Source: an uncultured archaeon
GTDB taxonomy: Archaea > Asgardarchaeota > Thorarchaeia > Thorarchaeales > Thorarchaeaceae
Reading direction: 5' to 3'
Assembly: GCA_964558645.1 (NCBI GenBank)
Contig: CAZLEV010000002.1
Coordinates: forward strand, 345,350 to 409,349
DNA length: 64,000 nt
Position numbers and translations under genes: made by a program. The notes under the pieces were generated by a model, which saw only the letters and a program-made list of their open reading frames with translations, searched no databases and was not told the DNA's origin. Position 1 is the stretch's first letter; the number at the start of each line of letters is the position of its first letter. This document shows, piece after piece, positions 30,499 to 40,453 of this stretch.

Positions 30499-31060
30499 GC
30501 AGTAGTTCCAGATAAGACAGTCGTACTGAACGCTCAGGATCCAATCCCAAGCTCTCTGCCAGTTCAAGCAGATGGTCTCGTTTCGCTTCAATCTGAGACT
30601 CATACTCGGTCTCGGTCTCGAGTTCTATGAAATGGCCGAGAGAGTCCACTCTATCCACTGAAACGTGAGTTCCCTGCAAGAGATAGTCATGCCGCTCCTT
30701 GCGCACTGTATGGACCTTAGTGAAGCCCAATGCGAGCAGTAATGACTCGGCAAACTCTCCCTTGTCAATGGGTACCGAAATCTCAACCCTTGTCTTGGAC
30801 TTGTCATCGACCTTGGGCCCCTTATAGGTCAACTCGATATGAGGAGGGGAGCTCGTGCCCGCATCAGATTCGGGGCGCTGATATCTGATTCGTAGGGCCT
30901 CATCAGTCTCGGCAAAGGCCCGACAGGGATGATCATAGTAGATATCCTCTTGGAAGACTGATTCAGCCCTTGTCCCGCCCGCATCCATTAACCGTTCTAT
31001 CACGTTTTCTACCTGATCTTCGAACACTCTGAACTTGGTCTCGACTTCGAACACATTCAT
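30482..31060 (-). CDS. cyaB: Class IV adenylate cyclase / CYTH domain protein
   Basis: EVETK, DEALRIR, TYKGPK, FIELE; ATG at 31060 follows a GGTGA SD. Confidence 0.88.
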   Translation of the reverse strand: MNVFEVETKFRVFEDQVENVIERLMDAGGTRAESVFQEDIYYDHPCRAFAETDEALRIRYQRPESDAGTSSPPHIELTYKGPKVDDKSKTRVEISVPIDKGEFAESLLLALGFTKVHTVRKERHDYLLQGTHVSVDRVDSLGHFIELETETEYESQIEAKRDHLLELAESLGLDPERSVRLSYLELLLSPES

Positions 31061-31165
31061 GTAGGTCACCTTGTTCTCAAGACTCCTGTGCGCCATACCC
31101 GTTGTTGCACCGAGGCCGTAACTCACTTAACCATGGATATATGTCGTGCATATGTTGGTGACGGT

Positions 31166-32413
31166 TTGGCCAAATACAAGCAAATACAGTGTGCGGGATG
31201 TGGAAAGACCTATGACTTCAATGAAGTGCCCCCCAATGATGGGTGCGGAGGACGGATAGACTTCCATCTCGATATCGATACACTTCGGAATGCAACTGAA
31301 AAAGAACGAGACAAAGCAACTGCTGGTATATGGAAGTACTTCGATTTCTTACCGCTTCGTCACAGAAACAACGGATTGACTCTGGGAGAAGGTAACACAC
31401 CATTGGTGAGGAGTCAAAGACTTGCCGCATATCTCGGGGTGAAGAATCTACACTTGAAGATCGAAACAATGAACCCCTCCGGATCATTCAAAGACAGACC
31501 AATCTGTGTCGGCGTGAGCCGTGCTGCAGAAGACGGAGTGAAGACCGTAGCTGCGGCATCGTCAGGTAATGCCGCTGCTTCGATGGCAACGTATGCCGCT
31601 CGAGCAGGGCTTGATGCCGTTGTTCTTGTACCCGAAAAGACACCAGTCGGCAAGACAGTCCATCTGCAGACACTGGGAGCCCACGTCTTTAGGGTCAAGA
31701 AGGAAGAAGAGGGGGTGGATCCGACAACCACGCTCCTCAAGAAAGCATGCAACGAGTTTGGCTGGGTACCGGTTCCGTCCTTCGGACCTTTCAACTGCTT
31801 TCAGTTCGAGGGAAACAAGACAATCGGATATGAGGTGTCAGAGCAGATGGAATGGAAACCCCCAGATTGGATCCTCTTTCCCACAGGTAGCGGGGGGCTG
31901 ATGGCAGGTACGATGAAGGGGTTCGTCGAATACGAAGAGCTTGGCTTCATAGAAGATATACCACGACCTGTTGTGGTTCAACCAGAGGGCTGTTCACCTA
32001 TAGTGCGTGCCTTCAAAGAGCAGGTTGAGCCGAATAATATCATGCCCTGGGATTCGAATGAGACTGTCGCAGGAGGGCTCGCAGACCCCTTTCCTTGGGA
32101 TGGGGACGCAGCGCTCAAGTACCTAGATGACCTCGAAGGGGAGGCAGTCTCAGTCACTGATGAGAAGATAAAGGAGTATATGCTTCGTCTTGCCACCCTT
32201 GAGGGGATATTTGCGGAGCCAAGTGGAGTCGCGGCACTGGCAGGTCTCGAAGTTCTGCTCTCCGATGGAGTCATCGACTTAAGAGATTCAGTATTAGTGC
32301 CAATAACCGGTTCGGGGTTCAAAGATCTCGCCCTCGCTCAGACCCTTACTCCTGAAGCTCCTATAATCAGACCAGGAACAGAAGATCTCAGCAAGCATCT
32401 TGGAGCAGACTAG
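31166..32413 (+). CDS. thrC: Threonine synthase
   Basis: TLGEGNTPL, NPSGSFKDR, ASSGNAA, ITGSGFK; TTG at 31166 follows GGTGA. Confidence 0.88.
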   Translation: MAKYKQIQCAGCGKTYDFNEVPPNDGCGGRIDFHLDIDTLRNATEKERDKATAGIWKYFDFLPLRHRNNGLTLGEGNTPLVRSQRLAAYLGVKNLHLKIETMNPSGSFKDRPICVGVSRAAEDGVKTVAAASSGNAAASMATYAARAGLDAVVLVPEKTPVGKTVHLQTLGAHVFRVKKEEEGVDPTTTLLKKACNEFGWVPVPSFGPFNCFQFEGNKTIGYEVSEQMEWKPPDWILFPTGSGGLMAGTMKGFVEYEELGFIEDIPRPVVVQPEGCSPIVRAFKEQVEPNNIMPWDSNETVAGGLADPFPWDGDAALKYLDDLEGEAVSVTDEKIKEYMLRLATLEGIFAEPSGVAALAGLEVLLSDGVIDLRDSVLVPITGSGFKDLALAQTLTPEAPIIRPGTEDLSKHLGAD

Positions 32414-32414
32414 C

Positions 32415-32864
32415 ATGAATGCGGAGATGGGGCAATTCATGGGTGAAGCTATCCGAGAAGCAGAGAAGAGCCTAGAAGAGGGTGGAATTCCTATTGGCTC
32501 GGTTCTAGTGATTGACGGAGAGATAGTTGGTAGAGGACACAACAGACGCGTACAGAAAGGAAGCGCCATTCTTCATGCAGAGATGGACTGTCTTGAAAAT
32601 GCGGGCAGAAGGCCTGCCGCCGAGTATAGATGCTCTGCTCTCTATTCAACATTATCTCCATGTGATATGTGTAGCGGAGCGCTATTGCTGTACGGAATAC
32701 CCAAGGTCGTAATCGGTGAGAACAAGAATTTCAGCGGGCCCGAAGACTATCTGAGAGAGCGCGGAGTCAACGTAGTCGTCCTCGATGACACACGATGTGT
32801 TACATTGATGGAGAGCTTCATCAAATCCAGACCGGATGTCTGGAGAGAGGATATTGGAGAGTGA
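32415..32864 (+). CDS. Cytosine/nucleoside deaminase
   Basis: HAE...SPCDMC zinc motif. Confidence 0.9.
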   Translation: MNAEMGQFMGEAIREAEKSLEEGGIPIGSVLVIDGEIVGRGHNRRVQKGSAILHAEMDCLENAGRRPAAEYRCSALYSTLSPCDMCSGALLLYGIPKVVIGENKNFSGPEDYLRERGVNVVVLDDTRCVTLMESFIKSRPDVWREDIGE

Positions 32865-32897
32865 GGCTCTCCGAGTTGCGGTCGGTGGTAGTGATTC

Positions 32898-33866
32898 ATG
32901 AAGACAAGGGATAGGAAACAGAAAGCGAGGGAACTGGCACAGAGATTCGGATATCTTCCCTACATGACCGAGAGATACCTGGCCCTCTGGGGAGAGAACG
33001 AAACAGTGGAGTTCCTGCAGGCATGTGAGAAACCCCCCAGAACATCAATTCGAGTCAACACCCTGAAGACGAAAAAGGACGAGCTCATAGAAGCACTCGA
33101 CGCGAAGAATGTGGCTCTGGAGGAGATTCCATGGCTCGAAGAGGGCCTGTATGCCGACTTCAAAGGATTCTCCCCAGGTTCGCTCACAGAGTATATGCTA
33201 GGACACTACTACGTCCAAGGAGTCCCTTCGATGGCTGTTGCGAAGGCGCTTGATCCTCAACTGGACGAAACGGTCTTCGACTTGGCGGCTGCACCGGGAG
33301 GGAAGACAACTCACATTGCTCAGCTGATGAATAACTCAGGCAGAGTCGTTGCCATCGAACAGGACCGTGAGAGAATCAGGAGCCTTGAAAGCAACATCCT
33401 CCGTTGCGGAGTAAAGAATTCGATTGTTCTGAGAGGAGATGCCCGCAAATTGGATGAGCTTGACATAGAACCGGACAGAATTCTGTTGGATGCTCCCTGT
33501 TCCGGGGAAGGGCTCCTAGCGGTTGACCCCGAACGTAAGACCAGCAAGAGCATGGCTGATATCAGATTCTGTGCCACTATCGAGGATCAGCTCCTTGACG
33601 CAGCAGTCCAATCCCTCCGCCCGGGCGGAGTCATTCTCTACTCGACATGTTCCATTGCACCTGAGGAGGGCGAGTACATTGTGGATGGAATGCTACGTAA
33701 GCATCCGAATCTCAAACTCGTTGACATTGAACCGGAGATGGGTGTACCTGCTTTCACATCTCCATATGGTGTACAGATGGACGAGTCATTAGAGAAGGCA
33801 AGAAGGTTGCTACCGCACCTACACGGAACTGAGGGATTTTTCGTTTGCAAGATGATGAAGGATTGA
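32898..33866 (+). CDS. NOL1/NOP2/Sun RNA m5C methyltransferase
   Basis: DLAAAPGGKT, DAPCSGEG, YSTCS. Confidence 0.93.
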   Translation: MKTRDRKQKARELAQRFGYLPYMTERYLALWGENETVEFLQACEKPPRTSIRVNTLKTKKDELIEALDAKNVALEEIPWLEEGLYADFKGFSPGSLTEYMLGHYYVQGVPSMAVAKALDPQLDETVFDLAAAPGGKTTHIAQLMNNSGRVVAIEQDRERIRSLESNILRCGVKNSIVLRGDARKLDELDIEPDRILLDAPCSGEGLLAVDPERKTSKSMADIRFCATIEDQLLDAAVQSLRPGGVILYSTCSIAPEEGEYIVDGMLRKHPNLKLVDIEPEMGVPAFTSPYGVQMDESLEKARRLLPHLHGTEGFFVCKMMKD

Positions 33867-33931
33867 AATGACCATGAAATGGATCTCAACAACTCCGCAA
33901 CCAGATCAGAAAAGAATGACGAGGGAAACGC

Positions 33932-34471
33932 ATGGTTAGTCTTATTGAACCACACTTCTGGGATGACATTAAGAGACAGATTGACAGAGACTTCGGAGAA
34001 GGAGTGACACAGAAACTACTGGGAAAGAGAGCCCCTGTGGTCATCGAACGTGGAAAGAAGCAGTCGGTCTATTTCATCCCGATGGATTGGGTCCAGCTCG
34101 TTGACTCTGATTTTGGAACCTTCAGGCTTCGATACCTTGGGACTTGGCTCGGCGAGATGTCGGGAGATACGCTCATGCTCAGCATCGGCATTCTTGCAGA
34201 ACTGGACCCTTTGACTGACAGCAAGATAACAGTACATAGAAGGGGTGCAGAGGCATTCACCTATGGAAGAAGCATTCTAAAGGAGTCTGTGTTCTCTCTT
34301 CCGAGTCATCTAAGCCGCGGACAACGTGTCCTTGTCATCGATGAGCATGGTGCCTGTATTGGACTAGCTGCTCTGGCCATTGATGCATCACTTCTTGACC
34401 GCTTGGGAAAGGAGAAGCTTGTGGCCAAGAATCTCGTTGATATCGGCTGGTATCTAAGACGCTATAGTTAG
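33932..34471 (+). CDS. NIP7-like PUA domain ribosome biogenesis protein
   Basis: AEAFTYGRSI, C-terminal NLVDIGWYLR; adjacent to the NOP2 homolog. Confidence 0.75.
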   Translation: MVSLIEPHFWDDIKRQIDRDFGEGVTQKLLGKRAPVVIERGKKQSVYFIPMDWVQLVDSDFGTFRLRYLGTWLGEMSGDTLMLSIGILAELDPLTDSKITVHRRGAEAFTYGRSILKESVFSLPSHLSRGQRVLVIDEHGACIGLAALAIDASLLDRLGKEKLVAKNLVDIGWYLRRYS

Positions 34472-35211
34472 ACGAACATGTCCGTGGAACGATCTTCGGA
34501 CTCTATGGACTTTCGCATCTTTTCCAAGCGTTCGATCTCCTTGCTCTCCTCAAGGAGCTGGTCTACGTCTGCATCCAACCCGTATACTTCGTTGATCTTG
34601 CCGAGCATAGCAGCCGCTGAGCGCGGGTCGGGCCTACCACGAGTGGCATAGGTCAAGAGGCCAAGTGCAGGTGCGTTGCGCATCTCGAGTTCGGCCAGAA
34701 GGAGAGCCAAGGGTCCGGCCACGAATAGACCTTCCTCCAAGACCGGGACATTCCACTTCTCCAGCTGCGGAGCATAGGCGGATGTGGGAACGCATCGCAT
34801 ATCCTCATCATCTTCTTGGAAACTGGCATCCAGCCCGCCCAGAAGAAGTATGTCTGCGAATTGATGTATACTGATCCATTCAGCAAGACGGCCGACAAAA
34901 TTCCATTGTTCTGACTGATGAGGCTGGAAACGCGGGACGAGGAATACAATCTTCTCGTGGATATATATCTCGAAGGGTAGAACTAGTTTCTCTTCTTCTA
35001 TGGAAACAAAGAGGGGGAGCATGTCGCTACGTATGAAGCCAATCCGTTGAGCATCCAGTGTCCGAGCTAGATGCGCAGTGCTCAAGAATCCGACTTCGCC
35101 AAGTCCGTGGAATCCACATACAAATGTAGCATTCTTGGGTATCTTGACCCCTTCTTTCAGAATTATCCCGAAATGCGAATCCCTTGTTGATACGAATGCC
35201 ATTGCGGTCAA
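34468..35211 (-). CDS. PAC2 family proteasome assembly chaperone
   Basis: GFHGLGEVG, PDPRSAA. Confidence 0.85.
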   Translation of the reverse strand: MTAMAFVSTRDSHFGIILKEGVKIPKNATFVCGFHGLGEVGFLSTAHLARTLDAQRIGFIRSDMLPLFVSIEEEKLVLPFEIYIHEKIVFLVPRFQPHQSEQWNFVGRLAEWISIHQFADILLLGGLDASFQEDDEDMRCVPTSAYAPQLEKWNVPVLEEGLFVAGPLALLLAELEMRNAPALGLLTYATRGRPDPRSAAAMLGKINEVYGLDADVDQLLEESKEIERLEKMRKSIESEDRSTDMFV

Positions 35212-35502
35212 ACCTCATGTCTTCAAACGGACAGTCTCACGTAGACTATCTGTGTTCATCAAGGAGGCACTGAGGACGTCCTTTTGTATCTGTGTATCAT
35301 GCCGTTCTTGCAGGCATCATTGAGTAGCCCCGTCAGAAACCTCGCCACTTCACCAGCACCTATCATGATTCGCAGACCGAATCGCTCACTTTCTTCATTC
35401 ATTGGAGACCCGGACTTTTTGTCGAGAGAGAATGCGAAAAACTAATAGCAATTGATAAGCTCTACTATATACTGGATACGCTATCAGGGGGGCTAGACCA
35501 CC

Positions 35503-37722
35503 TTGAGTACGCTAAGAGAACTGGAACTTGAACGGATATCTCCACATCTGCTGGAGATACTAAGAAGACAGGGAAACGTATCACTTAGTGAGTTCCAGAA
35601 GAGTGCACTAAGAGCGGGATTGATGCGTGACGAAAACATCATCATGCAGACCCATGACTACGATGAGGCGTACAAGATAGGTGAAATTGCGCTACTAAAC
35701 CAGGTGACATCAAACTTCCGAGCAAGAGGCATCATCCTCTGTCAGAACCCTCATCAAGCGGAGAAACGACTCTCCTCGGTGAGCAGAAAGTGCAGCAGGC
35801 TTGGCATTAGGGTGACTCCGATAATACGGAGGAGAAAAGCGACCGGCATCCTAGCAACACGCGAAAGAGTCATTGTGGCTACAATTCGCTCACTAGGTAT
35901 TGCCATTCAGTCGCAGCCTGGCCTGCTAAATGATGTCAAGTCGATACTAGTAGAGAGGATAGATAGGATAGGACAATCGAATTATGGTGCAACTCTCGAG
36001 GGGATTCTGGTCAACCTCATGGGTGTTTCTGAGAGGGTTCAGTACATCGCCACATGTCCTCCTGTGGCGGACATAGATGATCTGAGTAGATGGTTGAAGG
36101 CGGAGGTCGTTGAAGATCCAGAACCAGAGATCAAGCGAATCTTTAGTGTGAAGGCCTTCCCTAGCATGGCTGAGTCACTCGCGGATCTTGCAGAGTTTGT
36201 CCATTACAAAGAGGGACAAATCATGATACTCTGCTCAGACATCGATTCCGCGGAAGAGCTCGCGTATCAACTCACTGGCCTTGATGATGTTCACGAAGAC
36301 GCAGTACTAGACCTGCGGCTCCTGCCTGAGGACCGCGATGAGTTAACTCGACTTGCACAACAGATTGGAGGGCATTTCTTCGATTGCGAGCTGACTGACA
36401 GACTTCAGGATGTTGTTTCTAGAGGGGTTGCATTCTTCCACGAGGGAGTGCCCAGAATCCAAAGACGGATGATATCAGAGGCGTGGGAAGAACAGGTTCT
36501 CCCGGTTCTTGTAATGCCAACCCGTTTCGCGATTGCAAGCGGCCTCCGCGCCACGGTTGTCTTCCTCCTTGGCGCATACATGAAGGATGCGTATTCGGAT
36601 CTATCTGGTCAAGAGGATCTCACAGTCTTAACAGAACTTCAGCTGTCCGACCTTCTCGAAAAGGCCGGTAGACCAACACTGGATAAAGAAGGGTTTGGAA
36701 TAGTAGTAGTGGGCAGCGATGCGGAAAGGAAGCGCGTACTTGAGAGATATTTCATCAAACACGAGGACGGAAACATATCCCCAAGGCTCGGAGAGGTTGA
36801 CAGCTCCATGGACGACCCTGAGAACTTTCAGGATCTCCTCTTGAGTCAACTTTGTGCGGATTCCGACGGCTCAGATACCCCCTTCTCAATTCTTGACCGA
36901 ACATACTGGGCCGCCTCGAAACGCAGAGTCGGCATCACAGCCGACGTGATGTCTCCAGTTGAAAACGCCAATGCTGAAACACTGATAGACTTCAGGACTA
37001 ACAAGTCCACCCTCAATCGAGCGGCAGACATTCCAGATTCAAGTGTCAGAATAGTATCAGTTACCCCATCCAAAATCGAAGGCTTGGTCCATAGTGGCTC
37101 ACGGGAGCTGTGGCACTTTGTGACCCTAAGAGCTGCCGAGGGCGTATCTTGTTCATGTGAAGCATGGAAGTATCAGGGTATAAGCAGGCATCGCCTTTGC
37201 AAGCACCTTGTGAAGTTCTCGAAGTTTGCTTTAGAAGACGAAGATACGCGGTCCTATGCAGCTTCAGTTATCGAACAGGCACTTCGAGGGCTCAGCCTAA
37301 TCGACGAATTGGAACAGGAAGGTCTAGTTGTAAGAGAAGATAACAGAATCAAGTGCACAGTGCTCGGAGGTAGCGTCGCAAGACTAGGAGTTCCGGTCGG
37401 CGATGCGAGACAGGCCCTAAAAGCACTCTCCGATAAGAAGGGTGATCTCTCCTCCATCCTACAGAAACTCTTGGTGAGTCGAACGGGTCTATCGGAAGAC
37501 CTCATCCATGAAGTGCTCTCGTCCGTTCCCGCAGATTCCGTTGAGCAGATAGGAAAGTGTGCAGAGCACATGCCCGGTGTTGTTGAGAACCTGCTCGAAG
37601 AAGCTCAATATGTGAATTCCATTCTCCTAAGCCTCATGGCTAAAGACAAGCGGAATGAACTCAGTCGAAGAAGCCTCAAGTTGCAGGACTCACTCATGAC
37701 TCTCCTAGAAGACCATTCTTAG
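35503..37722 (+). CDS. Degenerate Hel308/Ski2-like helicase with SWIM zinc finger
   Basis: Helicase scaffold (RGVAFFHEG, KAGRP) but Walker A/B lost; CSC...CKH SWIM motif. Confidence 0.75.
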   Translation: MSTLRELELERISPHLLEILRRQGNVSLSEFQKSALRAGLMRDENIIMQTHDYDEAYKIGEIALLNQVTSNFRARGIILCQNPHQAEKRLSSVSRKCSRLGIRVTPIIRRRKATGILATRERVIVATIRSLGIAIQSQPGLLNDVKSILVERIDRIGQSNYGATLEGILVNLMGVSERVQYIATCPPVADIDDLSRWLKAEVVEDPEPEIKRIFSVKAFPSMAESLADLAEFVHYKEGQIMILCSDIDSAEELAYQLTGLDDVHEDAVLDLRLLPEDRDELTRLAQQIGGHFFDCELTDRLQDVVSRGVAFFHEGVPRIQRRMISEAWEEQVLPVLVMPTRFAIASGLRATVVFLLGAYMKDAYSDLSGQEDLTVLTELQLSDLLEKAGRPTLDKEGFGIVVVGSDAERKRVLERYFIKHEDGNISPRLGEVDSSMDDPENFQDLLLSQLCADSDGSDTPFSILDRTYWAASKRRVGITADVMSPVENANAETLIDFRTNKSTLNRAADIPDSSVRIVSVTPSKIEGLVHSGSRELWHFVTLRAAEGVSCSCEAWKYQGISRHRLCKHLVKFSKFALEDEDTRSYAASVIEQALRGLSLIDELEQEGLVVREDNRIKCTVLGGSVARLGVPVGDARQALKALSDKKGDLSSILQKLLVSRTGLSEDLIHEVLSSVPADSVEQIGKCAEHMPGVVENLLEEAQYVNSILLSLMAKDKRNELSRRSLKLQDSLMTLLEDHS

Positions 37723-37803
37723 TTGCCGGCACTCAAGCTTTTTATGGTAGCTCCTTTTGGCCCCGACTAGAAGCAATGTTCATTTTCCCATTGGTGAAAG
37801 GTA

Positions 37804-38949
37804 ATGAAACTGTTCGAACATGAGGCAAAGGATATCTTTCGGGAGTTCAAAATGCCAACACCTCCAGGAGGTGTTGCAAAGACACCCGGAGAAGCAAAGA
37901 AGAGAGCCGAAGAGGTTGGCAGACCGGTTGTTGTGAAGGCTCAGGTTCTCTCAGGTAAGAGAGGAAAGGCAGGCGGAGTGAAATTTGCAGATACTCCTGA
38001 AAAAGCTGAGAAACTCGCAGCAGAGATCTTGGAAATGCGAATTAACGATCTTCCTGTGGAAGCAGTTCTGGTCGAAGAAAAACTGAATATCGCTCAAGAG
38101 ATATATGCAGGAATAACCATCGACCGAAATACACGACAGTATGTCGTTATTGGGAGCTCTTCAGGTGGAATGTCGATTGAAGAGCTTGCTGAAAGGAGTC
38201 CCGAGAAAATCATCAAAAGACGTGTTGATCCATTTCTCGGGTTCCAAGCATACGAGGCCCAAGAGATGGCTGTGGCAATGGGCTTTGAGGGCAAGGATAT
38301 TCTGAAACTTGCTGGTTTTTTCCTGAAACTCTGGAAGATAGTCGAGAAGTACGATGTCGAACTGACAGAAATCAACCCCCTGATACTTACGGGTGAAGGA
38401 GAGTTTCTTGCAGCAGATGCGAGGCTCAATATAGACAACAATGCTCTGTACAGACATCAGGACCTGATGAAGAGCCTCGAAAGAAAGCCTCACGAACAGA
38501 ATGAGAGAGAGCGCTTGGCTACTGAGGAGGGAATGGCATACGTTGAGTTAGACGGCAACATAGCCTGTATCTGTAACGGTGCAGGACTCACTATGGCCAC
38601 CCTCGATGCGGTTGACCTCTATGGAGGCAAGGCAAGTACGTTTCTCGACCTCGGTGGAGGAGCAGATGCTAAACGGGTGGAACGCGGTGTGGAGATAGCA
38701 TTGATGTATCCGAAGGTCAAGGCCATACTGGTCAACATCATGGCCGGTATTACTCGTTGTGATGAGGTGGCCCAAGGTCTGATATCTGCTCGAGCTGATG
38801 GAGATATTACTGTCCCCCTAGTTGTCAGAATGGTCGGAACCAATGAAGAAGAGGGACAGAAGATGTTGAATGAAGCAGGAATACCTTTCTTGGAAACCAT
38901 GGAAGACGCGGCCAGAAGGGTGGTTGATATCGTACGGGAGGAGAAATAG
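37804..38949 (+). CDS. sucC: Succinyl-CoA ligase beta subunit
   Basis: MKLFEHEAK, KAQVLSGKRGKAGG, NGAGLTMATLD. Confidence 0.96.
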   Translation: MKLFEHEAKDIFREFKMPTPPGGVAKTPGEAKKRAEEVGRPVVVKAQVLSGKRGKAGGVKFADTPEKAEKLAAEILEMRINDLPVEAVLVEEKLNIAQEIYAGITIDRNTRQYVVIGSSSGGMSIEELAERSPEKIIKRRVDPFLGFQAYEAQEMAVAMGFEGKDILKLAGFFLKLWKIVEKYDVELTEINPLILTGEGEFLAADARLNIDNNALYRHQDLMKSLERKPHEQNERERLATEEGMAYVELDGNIACICNGAGLTMATLDAVDLYGGKASTFLDLGGGADAKRVERGVEIALMYPKVKAILVNIMAGITRCDEVAQGLISARADGDITVPLVVRMVGTNEEEGQKMLNEAGIPFLETMEDAARRVVDIVREEK

Positions 38950-39819
38950 ATGGCGGTATTGGTAGACAAGGACACAAGAGTTATCATCCAGGGAATCACG
39001 GGCTCTCAGGGCACATTTCATTCTCAAGCCATGAAGGAGTACGGTACCAAAGTTGTGGCGGGGGTCACCCCAGGCAAGGGAGGGCAAGAGATTGCAGGGA
39101 TACCGGTCTATGACACTGTTGCACAGGCAAAAGAGGAGGAGAACGCTACAGCCTCAGTCATCTTCGTTCCCGCCCGTTTTGCAACCGATGCTGCAATGGA
39201 AGCGATCGCAGCAGACCTGAACCCTGTGGTAATAATAACGGAGCACGTACCTGTCCGTGACGAAATCCGCGTGATACACGCTGCAGCAAGAAAGGGTATC
39301 ACCATAATCGGCCCGAACACACCGGGCATTATCACTCCAGGAGCAAAACAGAAGCTTGGAATCATGCCAGGTCATGTCTTCTCGGCTGGCGATATAGGAC
39401 TGATGTCCAGAAGCGGTACACTGACCTATGAGATTGCAGCAGGTATGACTGATGCGGGTATCGGTATAACCACGGCAATCGGGCTGGGCGGTGACCCCTG
39501 CGTTGGCCTCACCACGCTCGAAGCAGTCAAACTCTTCGAGGAAGATAAGGACACCAAGGGTATGGTCCTCGTTGGCGAGATTGGTGGTGATGCCGAAGAA
39601 CGGGCTGCTGTGTACATCAAAGAACACATCAATGTCCCTGTTATTGGCTTCATCGCAGGGCGAACGGCACCTCCAGGCAAGAGAATGGGTCATGCAGGAG
39701 CAATAATTAGCGGCGGATCAGGAACAGCGGCCTCCAAGATTAAGGCGTTGAACTCAGCAGGTGTGGAAGTCGCTAAGAAGCCCAGTGACATCGCTCGGCT
39801 GCTCGAAGAAGCCATGTAG
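38950..39819 (+). CDS. sucD: Succinyl-CoA ligase alpha subunit
   Basis: QGITGSQG, RMGHAGA phospho-His. Confidence 0.97.
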   Translation: MAVLVDKDTRVIIQGITGSQGTFHSQAMKEYGTKVVAGVTPGKGGQEIAGIPVYDTVAQAKEEENATASVIFVPARFATDAAMEAIAADLNPVVIITEHVPVRDEIRVIHAAARKGITIIGPNTPGIITPGAKQKLGIMPGHVFSAGDIGLMSRSGTLTYEIAAGMTDAGIGITTAIGLGGDPCVGLTTLEAVKLFEEDKDTKGMVLVGEIGGDAEERAAVYIKEHINVPVIGFIAGRTAPPGKRMGHAGAIISGGSGTAASKIKALNSAGVEVAKKPSDIARLLEEAM

Positions 39820-39937
39820 GACATCTGTTCTTCAGCTGAGTCGATGTTGGAACGATAGTTTTTTAACACGACTCGGCTGGGAAGCCTGAGGCGGCTCACG
39901 AGACCATCAACCGCCTTTACGCAAAGAGGTCTACAAA

Positions 39938-40096
39938 ATGCCAGTTGCAGATATCGAAAAGCGCAGGTTAGCTCAACACTACTTGCTCTACAAGTCGGTG
40001 TGTCGTGAGTGCGGAGCAACAAATCCGTATAAGGCTAAAAAGTGCAGAAAGTGCAAGGGCAAGGACCTCCGACCGAAAAGGCGCTCCAGAAGATAG
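39938..40096 (+). CDS. rpl40e: 50S ribosomal protein eL40
   Basis: Below the ORF-track cutoff; [52 protein letters not shown]. Confidence 0.93.
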   Translation: MPVADIEKRRLAQHYLLYKSVCRECGATNPYKAKKCRKCKGKDLRPKRRSRR

Positions 40097-40125
40097 TTAC
40101 CGTCTTGCGTGGCCGGTCTTAGGAT

Positions 40126-40201
40126 GGGCCGGTGGTCTAGGGGTCATGACATCGCTCTCACACAGCGAGAATCAGGAGTTCGAATCTCCTCCGGCCCACC
40201 A
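40126..40201 (+). tRNA. tRNA-Val(CAC), CCA encoded
   Basis: GGGCCGG/CCGGCCC acceptor, TCGCT-CTCACAC-AGCGA anticodon arm, TTCGAAT T loop. Confidence 0.96.
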
Positions 40202-40237
40202 CAACCAACCGCAGCACACTTGAAAGAGGCTCAACAC

Positions 40238-40453
40238 ATGCCAAAGCAGATCCACGATGTCGAGAAATTCCTTGAGATGACCGAGGATGCAACTGAATGC
40301 CGCGTCAAGAGGGGTTCAGACCAGGTCAAGCTCAAACTACGAACCACCAAGTATCTCTATACACTCATTTTGGAGCCACAAGAGGCCGAAACAGTTATTG
40401 AACAGGTCAAGTGTCAAGTTGTTGAGGCACGACCAGAACCAGAGGAGATCTAG
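40238..40453 (+). CDS. rpl38e: 50S ribosomal protein eL38
   Basis: MPKQIHDVEKFL...VKLKLRTTKYLYTL. Confidence 0.88.
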   Translation: MPKQIHDVEKFLEMTEDATECRVKRGSDQVKLKLRTTKYLYTLILEPQEAETVIEQVKCQVVEARPEPEEI

